Source: the human T2T-CHM13v2.0 reference genome, Homo sapiens. From it: 64,000 nt of DNA. Location of the stretch: NCBI RefSeq assembly GCF_009914755.1, contig NC_060927.1. The stretch is one strand, 5' to 3'. Below the pieces are notes generated by a model. It was not told the DNA's origin. It saw only the letters and a program-made list of their open reading frames with translations, and ran no database searches. The position numbers and the translations under genes were made by a program. Below, piece by piece: positions 28,030 to 41,999 of the stretch. How positions within the stretch are numbered: position 1 is the first letter of the stretch; each line of letters opens with the position of its first letter.

Positions 28030-30320
28030 ATTGTAATTTATCATTTTCTACTTTTTTGTTTTCTCATTTTTATTGCATAATATTTAATTATGCAAAAAAT
28101 ACATTAAATACATTGAAAATATATAGTGTAGCTATAAGAATAAAGAACGATGGTAAAACAAATGCTAATACCCACTACCTGACTTAAAGAATATGATATT
28201 ATTTTTTTCCAATTGAAATTCCCTCAACTACTCAGAATTACTGCTATCCCTCTTATCCTTTCATTAATTTTCTTCTAGTTTTCTCACATGTGAATCTATT
28301 TCTAAATACATTTCTTTATTTTGCAAGTTTTTGGACTTCATATAAATGTAACCATATTGTATATATTCTTCTTCAGCTTCTTAGTTTTTCACTAAACAAT
28401 ATGTTTTGCTGATACTTACATTCATATGTACAGTAATAGTTGATTTATTTTAATGGCTATATATTATTCCATTGTTAGAATACACCAGGATTTATTTTTA
28501 CTTATTTTTTTTGCTGGAAAATTGGGTGTCTTTTTTATTTTTTGATATAACAAACAATGTTGTAATCATTTTGTATTTACTTCCTAGTCCACTCCTGTAA
28601 GTTTCTCTTGAGTACATACTAGCAATGAATATGCTGAGTCACTGCATATACATACTCACAACTTTATTCTATAATGTAATATTCTATAAAGTAGCTGTAT
28701 CAGTTTATACTTTAACCAGTAATGGACAAGATTTTCTGTTACTTCCCATCTTTGTTAATTATTACTTTTAGACTCTAACTTTTATCAGGCTCATGGATGT
28801 AAAAAGCATCTCAGGGTGGTTTTAATTTGCATTTATCTGCTCATCTATGAAGATGAGCTTCTTTTCATATAATTATGAGTCATTATTTTTGTTTTGCCTT
28901 CTTTTGTTTATGCATTTTGCTTGTTCTATGTCTTATTTTTCCTGTTGATTTTTGGGAGTTCATATATATTCTAAATGTATATTTATTCACTTATATATAT
29001 GTTGTAAATATTACAGTTTATGATTTGTCACCTTATGATATCATCCAAATAGAGAAGCTTTATATTTTGATGTAGTCATATGTTCATTTTTCCTCCTTAA
29101 TGTTTGTTTTTCTTGGTTCTATGACCTACAAAAAGTAACAAAAATTCTCATTTATTTTTAATCTAAATGTTTTAAGTATTTTCCTGGAATTCACCTTGAA
29201 TTGATTTCTATTGGAGATAGGTATCCAATCTAATTTGCCTCATATGGATAACCACTTGTTCTATTACTGCTGTAACAAATTTCTACAAACTAAGTGACCT
29301 AAAATAACACAAACTTGTCATCTTACAGTGTACACAAGTCAGAAATCAGGCATGAATTTTAGTGAACTAAAATCAAGTTGTCGACAGGCATGTTTCTTTA
29401 TGGCGGCTAGGGTAGAATCCATATCCTGGCCTTTTCTATCTTCTAGAGAACATCAGCATTCCTTTTCTCATTGCCTCTCCTCTCTCTTTTTAAAGCTGGC
29501 AATGTCACATTTCTCTGACCATTCTTTCATTGTCACATCTCTCTCTGGACTCAGCTAAGAAAGGTTCTCCATTTTTAAGAACTCATGTGATTAGACTGGG
29601 CCCATCTGGGTAACCCAGGAAGATCTCTCCATCTCGGTTTGCATCCTTAATCACATCTGATAAGCCTTTATTGCATTCAGTGTAACATATTCACAGGTTC
29701 CAGGGTTAGGCATGGGCATCTTTGAGGGCCATTATTCTCCCTACCACATTATTTGCCTAGCATCTTTCATTACATTGTCCATCTATTTACTTACTGATTT
29801 CTAATGACATCCAAATCAGTTACAACATTTTATGTAAGCATTGTTTTTATTTTTATGTTATTCCACTAGTCTATTTTTCTACTCATCAATTATGGTACAT
29901 GAGTTTATTTTTGCAACTTTAAGCTCAATAACATGTTTTAAGATTTCCTCAACTTTCTTTTTGCGCTTCTTCAGAAGTTGACTCTTTTGGCCCTTTGGTC
30001 TTCTATACACATTTTAGAAATGCTTTGTTGAGGACTAAGAGGAATGCTAAAATTTTGATAGGAATTTCATTGAATTTTGAGTATATTGGCATGCTACAAT
30101 GGTTAGTGCTTTATACATGAAAATAATATATCCCTTCCTCTTTTCCTAGTATCATGAGATGTTTGTTAGGCAGACATGAATATTGAGTTGTATCAAATGT
30201 GGTTTTCTGCATTATTGTGGTGGTGATGTGATTTAGCTCCTTTAATTAGTTAATGTAATGAATTACATTTGTAGATTGCTCTAACTATTGAAACAAGCTT
30301 GAATTTCTGGAATAAGCCCA
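28030..30320 (-). mobile_element. Old L1ME-like fragments, split by MLT1
   Basis: Degenerate antisense L1 3' sequence (ggttttaatttgcattt..., gaagctttatattttgatgtagtc). Confidence 0.5.
29257..29748 (-). mobile_element. MLT1 MaLR LTR
   Basis: ctgctgtaacaaat...acaaact...cttaatcacatctg...cacaggttccaggg...ggccattattctccctaccaca. Confidence 0.8.
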
Positions 30321-30327
30321 ATGTGAT

Positions 30328-30990
30328 ATTTATTCAACAAATATTCATTGAGTATACCTAGTATGTAACATGCTTTAAGAATACACCAGTGAACCAAACA
30401 GAAATATCTGACATTACAGAACTTAACATTCCAGTATTTGGAGACAGACGATAAAAAAGTGAACATGTATATTTACAGTTTGTCAAGGAATGATAAATGA
30501 AGACTCTTAAAGTAGATGGGGAATTGGGAGTGAAGTCTGTAATTTAAATAGGGTGGGCAGGAAAGCTTCACAGAGAATGGGACATTTAAGAATAGACTTG
30601 AAGGACAGGCAAGAGCAATCTCTATGTTTATATGGGAGAAAAGGTTCCAGGCAGATGCAGTAACAATGGCAAATATCCTGAAGTAGGATCATGCTGGAGT
30701 TTTTGTGGAGCAGCAAGGAGGCTAGTGTGACTGCCACAGAATCACCCAAGGGAAGATGAGAAGATCAGACCAGACCAGCACTTGGGCATCTAATGGGAAA
30801 AGTTTCTCAAGCCATCATAAAAATTTCACTTTTACTATAAATACTATGAGAAACCATGGGATGTTTTACGGTAAGAAAGGTGGCATAATATGTTACATGT
30901 TTTAAACTCTATAGCTTCTGAGTTGATTGTAGGGGCTCCTGGCAGAAGCAGAGGGAACATTTAGGAGACTACTGTAAAGAATATCATGAA
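30328..30990 (-). mobile_element. L2 fragment
   Basis: ttattcaacaaatattcattgagtatacctagtatgt (reverse-complemented L2 3' end) followed by purine-rich L2 body. Confidence 0.65.
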
Positions 30991-33261
30991 AAGAACAAAC
31001 AACGCTATGTAACATGCTTAAATGGACTGAAGAAGATGTATAAAATCAAAATGATGTTACCTTCACACCTTGAATCAGTACGATAAACCCCCCTCCCCAA
31101 TCACAAAAGAAAAACTAAACACAAAAACCAGGCTTTGGTTGCTCAGACAATTTTACAGGTGAGTTCTAGCAAACATGCAAAGAACGTTTAATTGCACTGT
31201 TACAGAAATTCTTCTGGAGACAAGAAAATAAGACACATCACCCAACCAATTTCATAATAACAATGTCAATGTATAATAACAGAAAAAGTGGATCTCCAAA
31301 GAAATAAATTTATTTGGAAATAAACAAGGATTATAATCTGAGATATTTGTGCTATGATCAATCATAGGTGCATCCCAAGAGGTTGAGGTAAGGAAAATAT
31401 ATAAAGACAAAAAGAAGTCCATGCAAGCTGTTTTGAAACAAACATCATTGGTCACAGGGTCTGATGCAGGAGCTGGTGTTAACTTACTGGCAGAAACAGC
31501 CATTGCTAGGCAAGTGTTCTTGTGAGGGTGGCTTATCTGAAATGCTGCAGTCTTGAGGAATTTTTTATGATAGGTCCTATTATAGAGACACCTACAGGAT
31601 GAGCTGGACAAACAGAGTGTGCTGGGTGGGCAGAAATTTCTTGTGAGTTTATAGAAAGTCCTTGTGATAGTGCTTATCGTGGACACACACACAAGATCCC
31701 CTTTTTCATGACCCGGCTCCACTTTGCTTTGGGTCTGATGTAAGTGACTTTGCCTTGTCATTGGCAACTTTCACTGTAGTATAATCTGCACATTAAAGTT
31801 ACCTAACAATAGTACAAAGAAAGAAAATTAAAGGTATATCTCTTTCAAAAATATAAACCCCAAAATTGTTAGGAAATTGTAGTGAGTATAAAAGATAATT
31901 CATTATAATAAACATCTCAAGCTTCACAGAATTCTGACCTTTGCTACACTCTCATCCACAATCTTTTCTCCTAGTAAATGGCAGCTCCTTCTGTTAAGTT
32001 GCTGAGGCTTCTTATTGCTTTTTTCTTCAAATAACAGTCAGAACTGAACAACTGTAATCATCCTAGTCCATACAATTGTTATATTTTCATTTAAAGAAGA
32101 TCAATGTGTGATTCTTTTTTTATATATTTCTGGACAATTCTTTATATTTTAATAGTAGTCAGAATTTGATCAGGAAAACAGAAGACATCCTATGTATTAT
32201 AATGATAAAAGTTTAATATTAATTAGGGCCTTATGCTATTATTGGAAGAGCTTGGTGAATAGATATTAGAAAAGCAGCTAGACAAAATCAGAAGAGGTCT
32301 GTTTTATATCAGAGATCTTAGCCTGACAGTCTAGAGAGTGGGCACAGAACCCAAGCTTATAGGAATTTCTGAAAGGTCTGTAAATCTTATCCAGATGGAC
32401 AGTGGGAGCTCATAAAGGATTCTGCAAGCCATCACATCTGTCAAACCTGCTATGTCTAATCCTTAAGCCTGCTTTATGTGAAGACCTCCTCTTCACTCCT
32501 CATTTCCAGCTCTCATGAGTTTCTTTCATAGGCAAACCCAAACCTGGAACAATGTGCCTGAAGACTTCGGGTGACACAGTACCCAGACTTAAATAGGAGG
32601 GGAGCCATGGTGGAAGTGGCCATCCAGCACAATTTTCTTGGTCTTTACTCATAGTTTTGATTCCTTAAAAAAATTAACCACATTAAAATATGTGTTTCAT
32701 AATCTACATCTAATAATACAAATATTTAAAGTCTTTTCAAGTTTGAATACGCTACCCATGTTGCTGCTACCCCCATTTTGTGTGTGTGATTTTTGTGTGT
32801 GTGTTAGAAGCTCATGACCTTTGAAACCTGCTCTTATGAGCTTGCTTTGATGATTTATTTGTCCAGAGAGGATTTTTTTTCCTACCTAGCATTTTGGACT
32901 GCTATCAACCTGAGACCACTTTGAATTAAATTCTCAGCTTGCAAATTTGGAAGCCACACAGATTGTGTGAGTTCAGGCTGAAACCTGTTTGAGAGCTGGA
33001 TTCTGGCTATAAACTCCACAGGGAACATTTTCTCTCTCCACTCAGAGCTGAGACCATAGGGAAATTTATTTGCTAGCTCACTTTGAAGGTTTATTTTATT
33101 TATTTTTTAAATTTCTAGTACACGTGCTCACTGAAGGTGTAATACTTATGTGAGAATCTCAAAATCAGTTGTGTTCTTTGTATGACCCTGGTTTTGTTTC
33201 CTCCTGCTCTCTTACTTTCAGTGTGTCTCAGTATGTCTGCTCAATATGTCATCTTAAATTT

Positions 33262-33660
33262 CAACTGAGGGTGGATCTTCTTCCCAGCTCACTCACATGG
33301 TTCTTAGCTAGATTCAGTTTCTCTCCATTTGTAGGACTGAGGACCTCAGTTCTTCACTTAGGGTTGGCTACAGGTAATCATCAATTTCTTGTAACAGGAC
33401 TTACACTGGGCCACTGACAGCATGCCGGTTGGCTTCATTCAAATGAGAGGGCAAGAGAAAGAGAGAGAGGGAGAGGGCACAAGATGAAATTCACAGTATC
33501 TTATAATCTAATCTCAGAAGTGGCATCTCATTTCTTTTGTTCTATTCTATTCAATAGAAACAAGTACCTGGGACCAGCTTACACTATAGGAAAGAGATTA
33601 TATAAGGGTATAAATACCAAGAGGTAGAGATCATCAAGAGCCATTCTGGTAGCAGCCACA
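33262..33660 (-). mobile_element. MLT1-type LTR fragment
   Basis: gctcactcacatgg...aatctcagaagtggcatctcatt...ctattctattcaatagaa...gccattctggtagcagccaca. Confidence 0.6.
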
Positions 33661-34544
33661 ATATCTTATCCAGAATATTTCTTATTCAGGCCTTCAAATG
33701 TGCTGTCTTTTCTGGTCTAATGGAAATGAACCTTCCTTCCATACAATTTCTTCTCCTAAATTGTACTCTGGCTCTCTTATCATATACAAACTTCTATGTT
33801 AGGTATTTGTGTCTGTCTTGATTCTTGGTAGGCTTTTAAACTCTGTGAATGTTGGACTGTGATGTAGACATCATTTCACCGCACACTCTGTAACCACCAA
33901 ACCTTAGCAGCTTATTCAGTAAGCACATACTTGGCTCTTAATGAGTATTGCTTAAATTGATGAATTGAATTAGTATTTTACCTTCTCTGTTGCTTAGCTA
34001 AGCAGAAGAATTTGTCATTTTTTTAATTTAGTGACTGGTTCTATTAAAAGTTACCTTTGTCTATATCATTTTGTTATACTAAAGCACAAATGTATAAGGT
34101 CAAAAAACATTCTCAAGATTTTGTTTAAACCACAGCCCTCAGTTGTGTATATTTATCTCTTGTTTTCATATGCAAGATTTCTCCTGAAATGGGCAACAAT
34201 TACAAGAGTTTTTTTCCTCTTCTGAACTAAGAAAATAAATATTTAATTCACAAGTTTAGAAAAGTGAACCTGAAAAATCACAGGGCTAGGTGGGTTATGA
34301 GGCCCACTGGTACATGATAGTGTTGAATGTGGATTAGAATGAACTCCGTGGATTAGAATCTCAGACCATAGGCAAACATTTACTTGTTTTAGAATAAGCA
34401 CATTTGAGTCTGCAATAAGTATTACTGTTTTTAAGTTGAAAATGTAATTGGTTTCTAATAATAACCATATTGGCTAGCATTATTTCAATCGTGTTTAATG
34501 TTTTCCAATGTCATTTCATGTCAGATATCTCTCTTGATTCTTAG

Positions 34545-34649
34545 TAACAATTTGGACAAGACAGCAAATGCTATTGTCCAAGTTTTCTAAAGAAGAATCT
34601 GAAGTGAAATGACATCAAGAGACCTATCAAGACCTGTATCCAGGAAAAG
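34545..34649 (+). ncRNA. Candidate 105-nt internal exon of a + strand transcript
   Basis: Acceptor ctctcttgattcttag| and donor aag|gtaaat. Confidence 0.45.
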
Positions 34650-34751
34650 GTAAATCTGAGCTGAAATTGTAGCCCTTGTAAATTACCTACGTGACATACC
34701 AGATAGTGTTCATGATCCATTCAGTACTCTGTTCTAAAAATGAGACAATAT

Positions 34752-35290
34752 CCATTTATTCACTTGTTCATTTATTTAGTGTTTGTTCAGCCCTTACTGC
34801 ATATTCCAGGCACTATTCTGACTGTGGCAGGAGTGAACAAACAGGCATGGTTCTTACTTGCATGTAATTACAGTCTTATAGTGAAAACAAGTGTTAAACA
34901 ACAAAATCTCCCAATTATTTTAAAATTATAAACTTGATTCGATACTATGTGGCCATATAATTGTTCCTAATTTGGTTGGAGAAGGGAGGCAGTTAGGGAA
35001 GCCTTCCCTGAGTTAGTGCCATTTAACCTGAATTATGATAGATGATAAGTAATTTGTCAGGGGAAAAATACTCCAGGAATAAAGAACAGGTACAAAGGTC
35101 AGGTTCTGGGAAGAGCTTGTCTTGGTCCAGGAGCTAAAAAATGTTAGAGTGGCTGGATCTGGGAAAGAGACAAAGAGTTATTAAATGAGGCAGCAGGCTT
35201 CAGCAGGTGCCACATTGCTCAGGGCCTTGTAGGCCATGCTAAGGATTTGGGATGTTAATGTCAGTACAAACAATTGAGTCATAAGCAGAA
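34752..35290 (-). mobile_element. L2 fragment
   Basis: catttattcacttgttcatttattt...ccaggcactattct...gggccttgtaggccatgctaagga. Confidence 0.65.
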
Positions 35291-35880
35291 AGTAAAAGCA
35301 TGATTCCATCAAATGTTATTCTCTAAACAGTAATTTTATAAATACAGGTTAAATGTGTGTGGTCCCAGCTACTCAGGAGGTCCCAGCTACTCAGTATTCC
35401 TTTTCAACAAATATTAGGTGCCTACTATTGGCCAGGTACAGCCCTTAGCTACTTTGAATGAAGCATATATTACAAACTGGCAGAATTTCTTAAACAAAGA
35501 ATCTAAAGTTGTTTATACACCATAATCTCGGTATTTTATAAATTTCTTGAAATTATTTTTATGTACACTGCTTTGCAGAATTTTAACTGGCTTTGAAATA
35601 AACAATGACAATAGTCCTCCATGTTACTAGTTTCAAATTTTCCCAATACCTACTAAGACATTACTTAATCCACAGATTTACTGTCAATAGTTTGTATCAA
35701 ATTGTGATAACATATTTGAAATTAATATTTCAAATTAAAGCAAAATCACAAATTTATACTTTATATTATGAATGAGATTCACAAAAGGAGCATGATAATA
35801 TATTCTGTTGTCATCACATACAAAATAATAACATAGAGTATGAATCAATAATTTTTCAAATACAAAGCTATTACAATTAG

Positions 35881-36333
<453 letters not shown>

Positions 36334-36399
36334 TGAAAGGAATGAATGAAAGATTTGTGTTTTTCATATTACCAGGTAGATGATAAGGAGATTTTAATT

Positions 36400-36765
36400 T
36401 TCTTTTTTTTTAACTTTTATTTTAAGTTTAGGGGCATTTGTTACATAGGTAAACTGGTGTCACAGGGGGTTATTGTACAGATTATTTCATCACCCAGGTA
36501 TTAAACCTAGTACCCAATAGTTATCTTTTCTGCTTCTCTTCCTTTTCTCACCCTCCACCCTCAAGTAGACCCCAGGGTCTGTTTTATTCTTTGTGTTCAT
36601 TAGTTCTCATCATTTAGCTCCCACTTATAACTGAGAGTATGCTGTATTTGGTTTTCTGTTCCTGCATTAGTTTGCTAAGGATAATAGAAGGTCCATCCAC
36701 ATTCCAGCAAAAGACATGATATCATTTTTTAATGGCGGCATAGTATTCCATGGTGTATATGTACA
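36400..36765 (-). mobile_element. 5'-truncated L1PA 3' end
   Basis: aacttttattttaagttta...ttacataggtaaact...catttagctcccacttataa...tagtattccatggtgtatatgtac. Confidence 0.85.
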
Positions 36766-37309
36766 GCCTGCATATAAACTGTGGGCTAAAGACCTTCACC
36801 AGAGCAGTCTGACAGAACCTCTCTGAAAGACTTCTCCTAGGCTGTAATCCTCAGTCTCTTGTTCTCAGACCCCTAAATAAATCTAACTTTAATTTCTTAA
36901 AAGCTTAATTTTTTTCTTTAGTTGACACCAAAAATCTCCCCAGCCAGATCCACAAACTTTTTCGGTATTTTTCCTATATTTTATATCATTCCAGGCAAGC
37001 GTTTTCTAACTCTCCCATCAGAATACGACTTTGGTGCGTTTTCCTCAGCCTCCACTGATGATTTTTTCTCATTATCCTTAAAGCCCTTTCCAGTAGACTT
37101 CTTAAGCTCTTTCAAGTTTTCAGTCTCCTTAAGGACCATTCAGTGTTTACTGTCAGTTCCCAGAATGCTTTTACAGGTTTTGCTATCATTTTCCTTGAAG
37201 TCTGTTCATTTTTCACTAACAGTCTTTGTGAAATCCTTCTGGCTTCTATCCATTGTCTGATTCCAAAGCCAATGCCACATAGTTTAAGTTTATATTATAT
37301 TAGAGTGAC

Positions 37310-40130
37310 ATCTTATTCCACGTACCACAAACCACCTCAAAACTTCGCAGCTTAAAACAACAAACTTAAAAAAAATTGTGGACTTGTATTAGTGCAAGCA
37401 GGGCTTAGCTACATGATTCTGCTCCATGTGGTATTAACTGTAGCCATCTGTGGTATTCAGCTGGCAGCTGGGTAGTCTGGAGAGTTGAAGGTGGCTTCAG
37501 TGATGTGCCTGTTTTATTAGTGGATTGGATGAAATGTTGTGGTAAGGTGGGCCTCTCTTGCTCTCCGTGTAGTTTGAGAGCCTGTCTACATGATCTATTC
37601 AGCAGCAATATGGTTTGGCTGTGTCCCCACCCAAATCTCATCTTGAATTGTAGCTCCCATAATTTCCGTGTCTTGTGGGAGGGATCCAACGGGAGATAAC
37701 TGAATCACAGGAGTATTTCCCCCATACTGTTCTCGTGGTCGTGAATAAGTCTCACAAGATCTGATGATTTTATAAGGGGGTTCCCCTTTCACTTAGCTCT
37801 CATTCTGTCTTGTCTGCCATCATGTAGAGATGTGCCTTTTGCCTTCCACCATGATTGTGAGGCCTCCCCATCCACCTGGAAATGTGAGTCCATTAAGTGT
37901 CTTTTTCTTCATAAATCACTCAGTCTCAGGTATGTCTTTATCAGCAGCATGAAAACAGACTAATACAGTACATTGGTACTGGTAGAGTGGGGTGCTGTTG
38001 TAAAGATAACCCAAAAATGTGGAAGCGACTTTGGAACTGGGTAACAGGCAGGGGTTGAAACAGTTTGGAGGGCTCAGAAAACGACAGGAAAATGTGGGAA
38101 AGTTTGGAACTTCCTAGAGACTTGTTGAATGGCTTTGACTAAAATGTCAAATAATGATATAGACAATGAAATCCAGGCTGAGATGGTCTCAGATGGAGAT
38201 GAGGAACTCACTGGGAACTGCAGTAAAGGTGTCTCTTGCTATCGAGAGAGACTGGCAGCATTTTGTCCCTGCCCTAGAGATTTGTGGAACTTTGAACTTG
38301 AGGGAGATGAGTTAGGGTATCTGGCAGAAGAAATTTCTAAGCAGCAAAGCATTCAAGAGTGACTTGGGTGTGTTAAAAGCACTCAGTTTTAACAGGAAAA
38401 CAGAGCATAAACGTTCAGAAAATTTGTAGCATGACACTGTGATAGAAAAGAAAAATCCATTTTCTGAGGAGAAATTCAAGCTGGCTGCAGAAATTTGCAT
38501 AAGTAACAAGGAGCCAAATGTTAATCGCTAAGTCTTCAGGCCATGTCAGAGATCTTTGTGGCAGCCCCTTCCATCACACACCCAGAGGCCTAGGAGGAAA
38601 AAATGGTTTCATAGGCTGGGCCCAGGGCCCCTCTGCTGTTTGCCTGTGTACAGCCTAGGGACTTGGTGCTCTGTGTCCCAGCTGCTCCAGCCACAGCTAA
38701 AAGGGGTCAAGGTACAGCTCAGGCCATGGCTTCAGAGGGTGCAAGCCTCAAGCTTTGGCAGCTTCCATGTGGTGTTGAGCCTGTGGATTCACGGAAGTCC
38801 AGAATCGAGGTATGGGAACCTCCACCTAGATTTCAGAGAATGTATGGAAATGCCTGGATCTCCAGACAGAAGTTTGCTGCAGGGGTGAGGTCTTCATGGA
38901 GAACCTCTGCTAAGGCAGTGGGGAATGGAAATGTGGGGTTGAAGCCCCCAACACAGAGTCCCCACTAGGGTACTGCCTAGTGGAGCTATGAGAAGAGGGC
39001 TGCTGTCCTCCAGACCCCGGAATGGTAGATCCACTGACAGCTTGCACTGTGTGCCTGGAAAAGCTGCATACAATGCCAGCCTGTGAAAGCAACCGGGAGG
39101 AAGGCTCTCCCCTGCAAAACCACAGGGGTGGAGCTGCCTGAGACCATGGGAACCCACCACTTGCATGAGTATGACCTGGATGTGAGACATAGAGTCAAAG
39201 GAGATCATTTTGGAGCTTTAAGATTTGACTGTCCCACTGGATTTCGGACTTGCTTGGAGCCTTTAGTCCCTTTGTTTTGGGTAAATTTTACCATTTGGAA
39301 CGGCTGCATTTACCCAATGCCTGTACTCCTATCTTATCTAGAAAATAACTAAATTGCTTTTGATTTTACAGGTTTATATGTGGAAGAGACTTGCCCTGTC
39401 TCAGGTGAGACTTTGGACTGCCAACTTTTGAGTTAATGCTGAAGTGAGTTAAGACTTTTGGGGACTATTGGGAAGGCATGATTGGTTTTGAAATGTGAGG
39501 ACATGAGATTTGGGAGGTGCCAGAGGCAGAATGAGGTGGTTTGGCTGTGTCCTTTCCCAAATCTCATCTTGAATTGTAGCTCCCATAATTCCCATGTGTT
39601 GTGGAGGGACCTGGTGAGAGATAATTGAATGATGGGGTGGCTCCCCCATACTGTTCTTATGGTCGTGAATAAGTCTCATGAGAGCTGATGACTTTACAAG
39701 GGGCTTCCCCTTTCACTCAGCTCTCATTGTCTCTTGTCTGCTCCCATGTAATGCATACTTTTCACCTTCTGCCATGATTGTGAGGCCTCCCCATCCACAT
39801 GGAACTGTGATTCCATGAAACTCTTTTTATTCATAAATTACCCGGTCTTGGATATGTCTTTATCAGCAGCATGAAAATGGACTAATGCAAGCAGAATAAG
39901 CAGAATTCTTCGATACTGACTCAGCACCCCACACACGTTGGTTCCAAGATGTAGAAATGGAAGCTTCAAGGCTTTTAACATCTGGACATCAAAACTGGAA
40001 GTTTTACTTTCACTGTATTTTATTGGTCAAAGCAGTCAAAGAGCCCACCCAGGTTCAAGGAGAAAGAATATGTCCCCACGTTTTCAACAGGATGGTGCCA
40101 CAAAATTTCTAGTCATCTTAATTCACCACA
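37310..40130 (-). mobile_element. MLT1-type LTR split by the THE1C insertion (pieces ~37310-37600 and ~39895-40130)
   Basis: acaaaccacctcaaaactt...gcttaaaacaaca on the left; ttttattggtcaaagcagtca...aggttcaagg on the right. Confidence 0.6.
37606..39889 (+). mobile_element. Complete THE1C-like MaLR provirus (LTR 37606-37967, internal 37968-39531, LTR 39532-39889)
   Basis: Two similar ~360-bp LTRs, a THE1 internal region starting gtacattggtactggtagagtggggtg, and a 5-bp TSD agcag at 37601-37605 and 39890-39894. Confidence 0.93.
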
Positions 40131-40599
40131 GATAGAAATATGAAGAGCTCATTTGTTATGTTATTTGTGAATGCAGACTAAAGATATTTGTTGGTTTATA
40201 TAGTAGTGGGAAAATGAGAACTTTTAAAATATTCAACTTTTAGCCCTTGACATGCAAAATGAGTTCATTACATGGTAAGGATGAGGGAGAAAGAAAAGAT
40301 CTGAAAAAGTAGAAGAGTGATGGATTCAGAAAGCATAGGATGATTGTCAGTGTGATTGTTTTATCTAGCCACATATAGCTGTGTGGTATCAAGATGTAGA
40401 AGGCAGAGAGTAGGATTTATCAGGATTGTTGTTTGGAAGAGTGAGTACAATCATTACGAGGGAGCAAGGTATTGATCATGGAATATAAAGTGGGAAAAGA
40501 GGTAAGGTAAGAAGGATATCAGTAAAGTGAATGACAGCATAAATATGGTAGAACCATTGGATTGGTGGCTCTGGAGGAATTGAATAATTATTAGACTTG

Positions 40600-41322
40600 A
40601 AGCATTAGATGGTGCACTAGTGAGGGCATCTCCAACTAAGTCTACCATCAAGTCATGGTGATTTATTATCTCAAATATATGACAAATTTATCTACTTATT
40701 TCCAAAACTCCCATATCTAGTTTAAGTAATCAAATTTCTTGCCTTGGCAAGCATGTTGCTTTGTAATTGACTCACCTGTATCCAATTTGAATTCCTTAAA
40801 ATCCATTCTATACATTGTAACCATAGTGATATTTACAAATGTGAAATCTGGTCAAATCATTCTTCTGCTTAGTAGTCTTGGATTTCTCATTCTCTTAGGA
40901 AGCATCTTCCACTACTTATTTCAGCATTATCTGCACAATGCTTCCCCTCACTTCCTCACAATGTGGTTTCAGGCACAACTCCCAAGGCCCCACTCTGGCC
41001 TCGGGGAGCAGATTGTTCCCCCTGCAGGAAAACCTTTGTTCTCCACTCAGTTAACTGCTGTTTACCCTTTAGATCTCAGCTTCAGTGTTGCTTTCTTAGG
41101 GGAAACTTCTCTGACTCACATCAAATCCCTCTCTTATAGTAATTTTCATTGTATTTCAGAGTAATTTTTATGGTTGCAATTTTACATTTGTGTGATTGTT
41201 TGATTAATCTCTGTCTCCTCCACGAAAACTCCAAGATGCAGGAACTATATCTTACTGGCATTCAGCACAATACCTGGCACATAGGTGTTCAAAAAATACT
41301 AATAGGGTAAATAAATGAATTA
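40600..41322 (+). mobile_element. L2 3' fragment
   Basis: Ends cagcacaatacctggcacataggtgttcaaaaaatac...aataaatgaat. Confidence 0.7.
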
Positions 41323-41854
41323 ATTTTATGCTTTTATTTTAATATTTTCATGGTATTAATATCTCTCTATGTGATATTTTGTATGTACCTATTTTCTTTT
41401 AATTTGAAGATTTATAGTTTAGTTATGTGCTGTATAAATTATATTTAGTTCTTTAATTTTTGTGTTATTTCCAAGGGTGCTCTCCATTGACTCTTTTAAT
41501 ATAGTTCCACTTTACCCCTTAAACCCACTTTCCTCTCCCACCTTCGTCATTCAACTTTATTTGATTTTGTTATTTTTAATTTTTCTAATAATGACCTTTA
41601 TCTTTTAAAATAATATTTAATCACCCATAACATAATTTGTTGATTCTCTCCCACTGTGAAAGTTGAATGGACCAGAATATATTTCTACTATCTTTCTCTT
41701 CTTATTTTTGTTATGAATATAATTAGTCTTTATACAGTTATGGTTTGTAACATTTGCATTCTGTTCTTTAACCGCAAACCCCAGAACATTTTGATATTAG
41801 GCTTCAGAATGCTCACTTGTATCATGTTATCTCTATTCATTTTTAGTGGATAGT

Positions 41855-41999
41855 TTTCTTTTTTAAGTTTTTCTGATAGAGATGGGGTCTTGCTATGTTG
41901 CCCAGGCTGGTCTTATCTTGAACTCCTGGGCTCAAGTGATTCTCCTGCCTTGGCCTTTCAAAGTGTTGGGACTGTAGGTGTTAGCCCCTGCGCCTGGCC
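41855..41999 (-). mobile_element. FLAM_C
   Basis: Single Alu left monomer on the minus strand. Confidence 0.85.

Noticed and set aside
31260-33170. Additional old LTR/MER fragments
   Set aside because: The sequence looks repeat-derived, but I cannot assign a family or boundaries without a Dfam search.
37863-37875. PRDM9 hotspot 13-mer (CCNCCNTNNCCNC) in THE1 LTRs
   Set aside because: Both THE1C LTRs read CCTCCCCATCCAC, lacking the required T at position 7.
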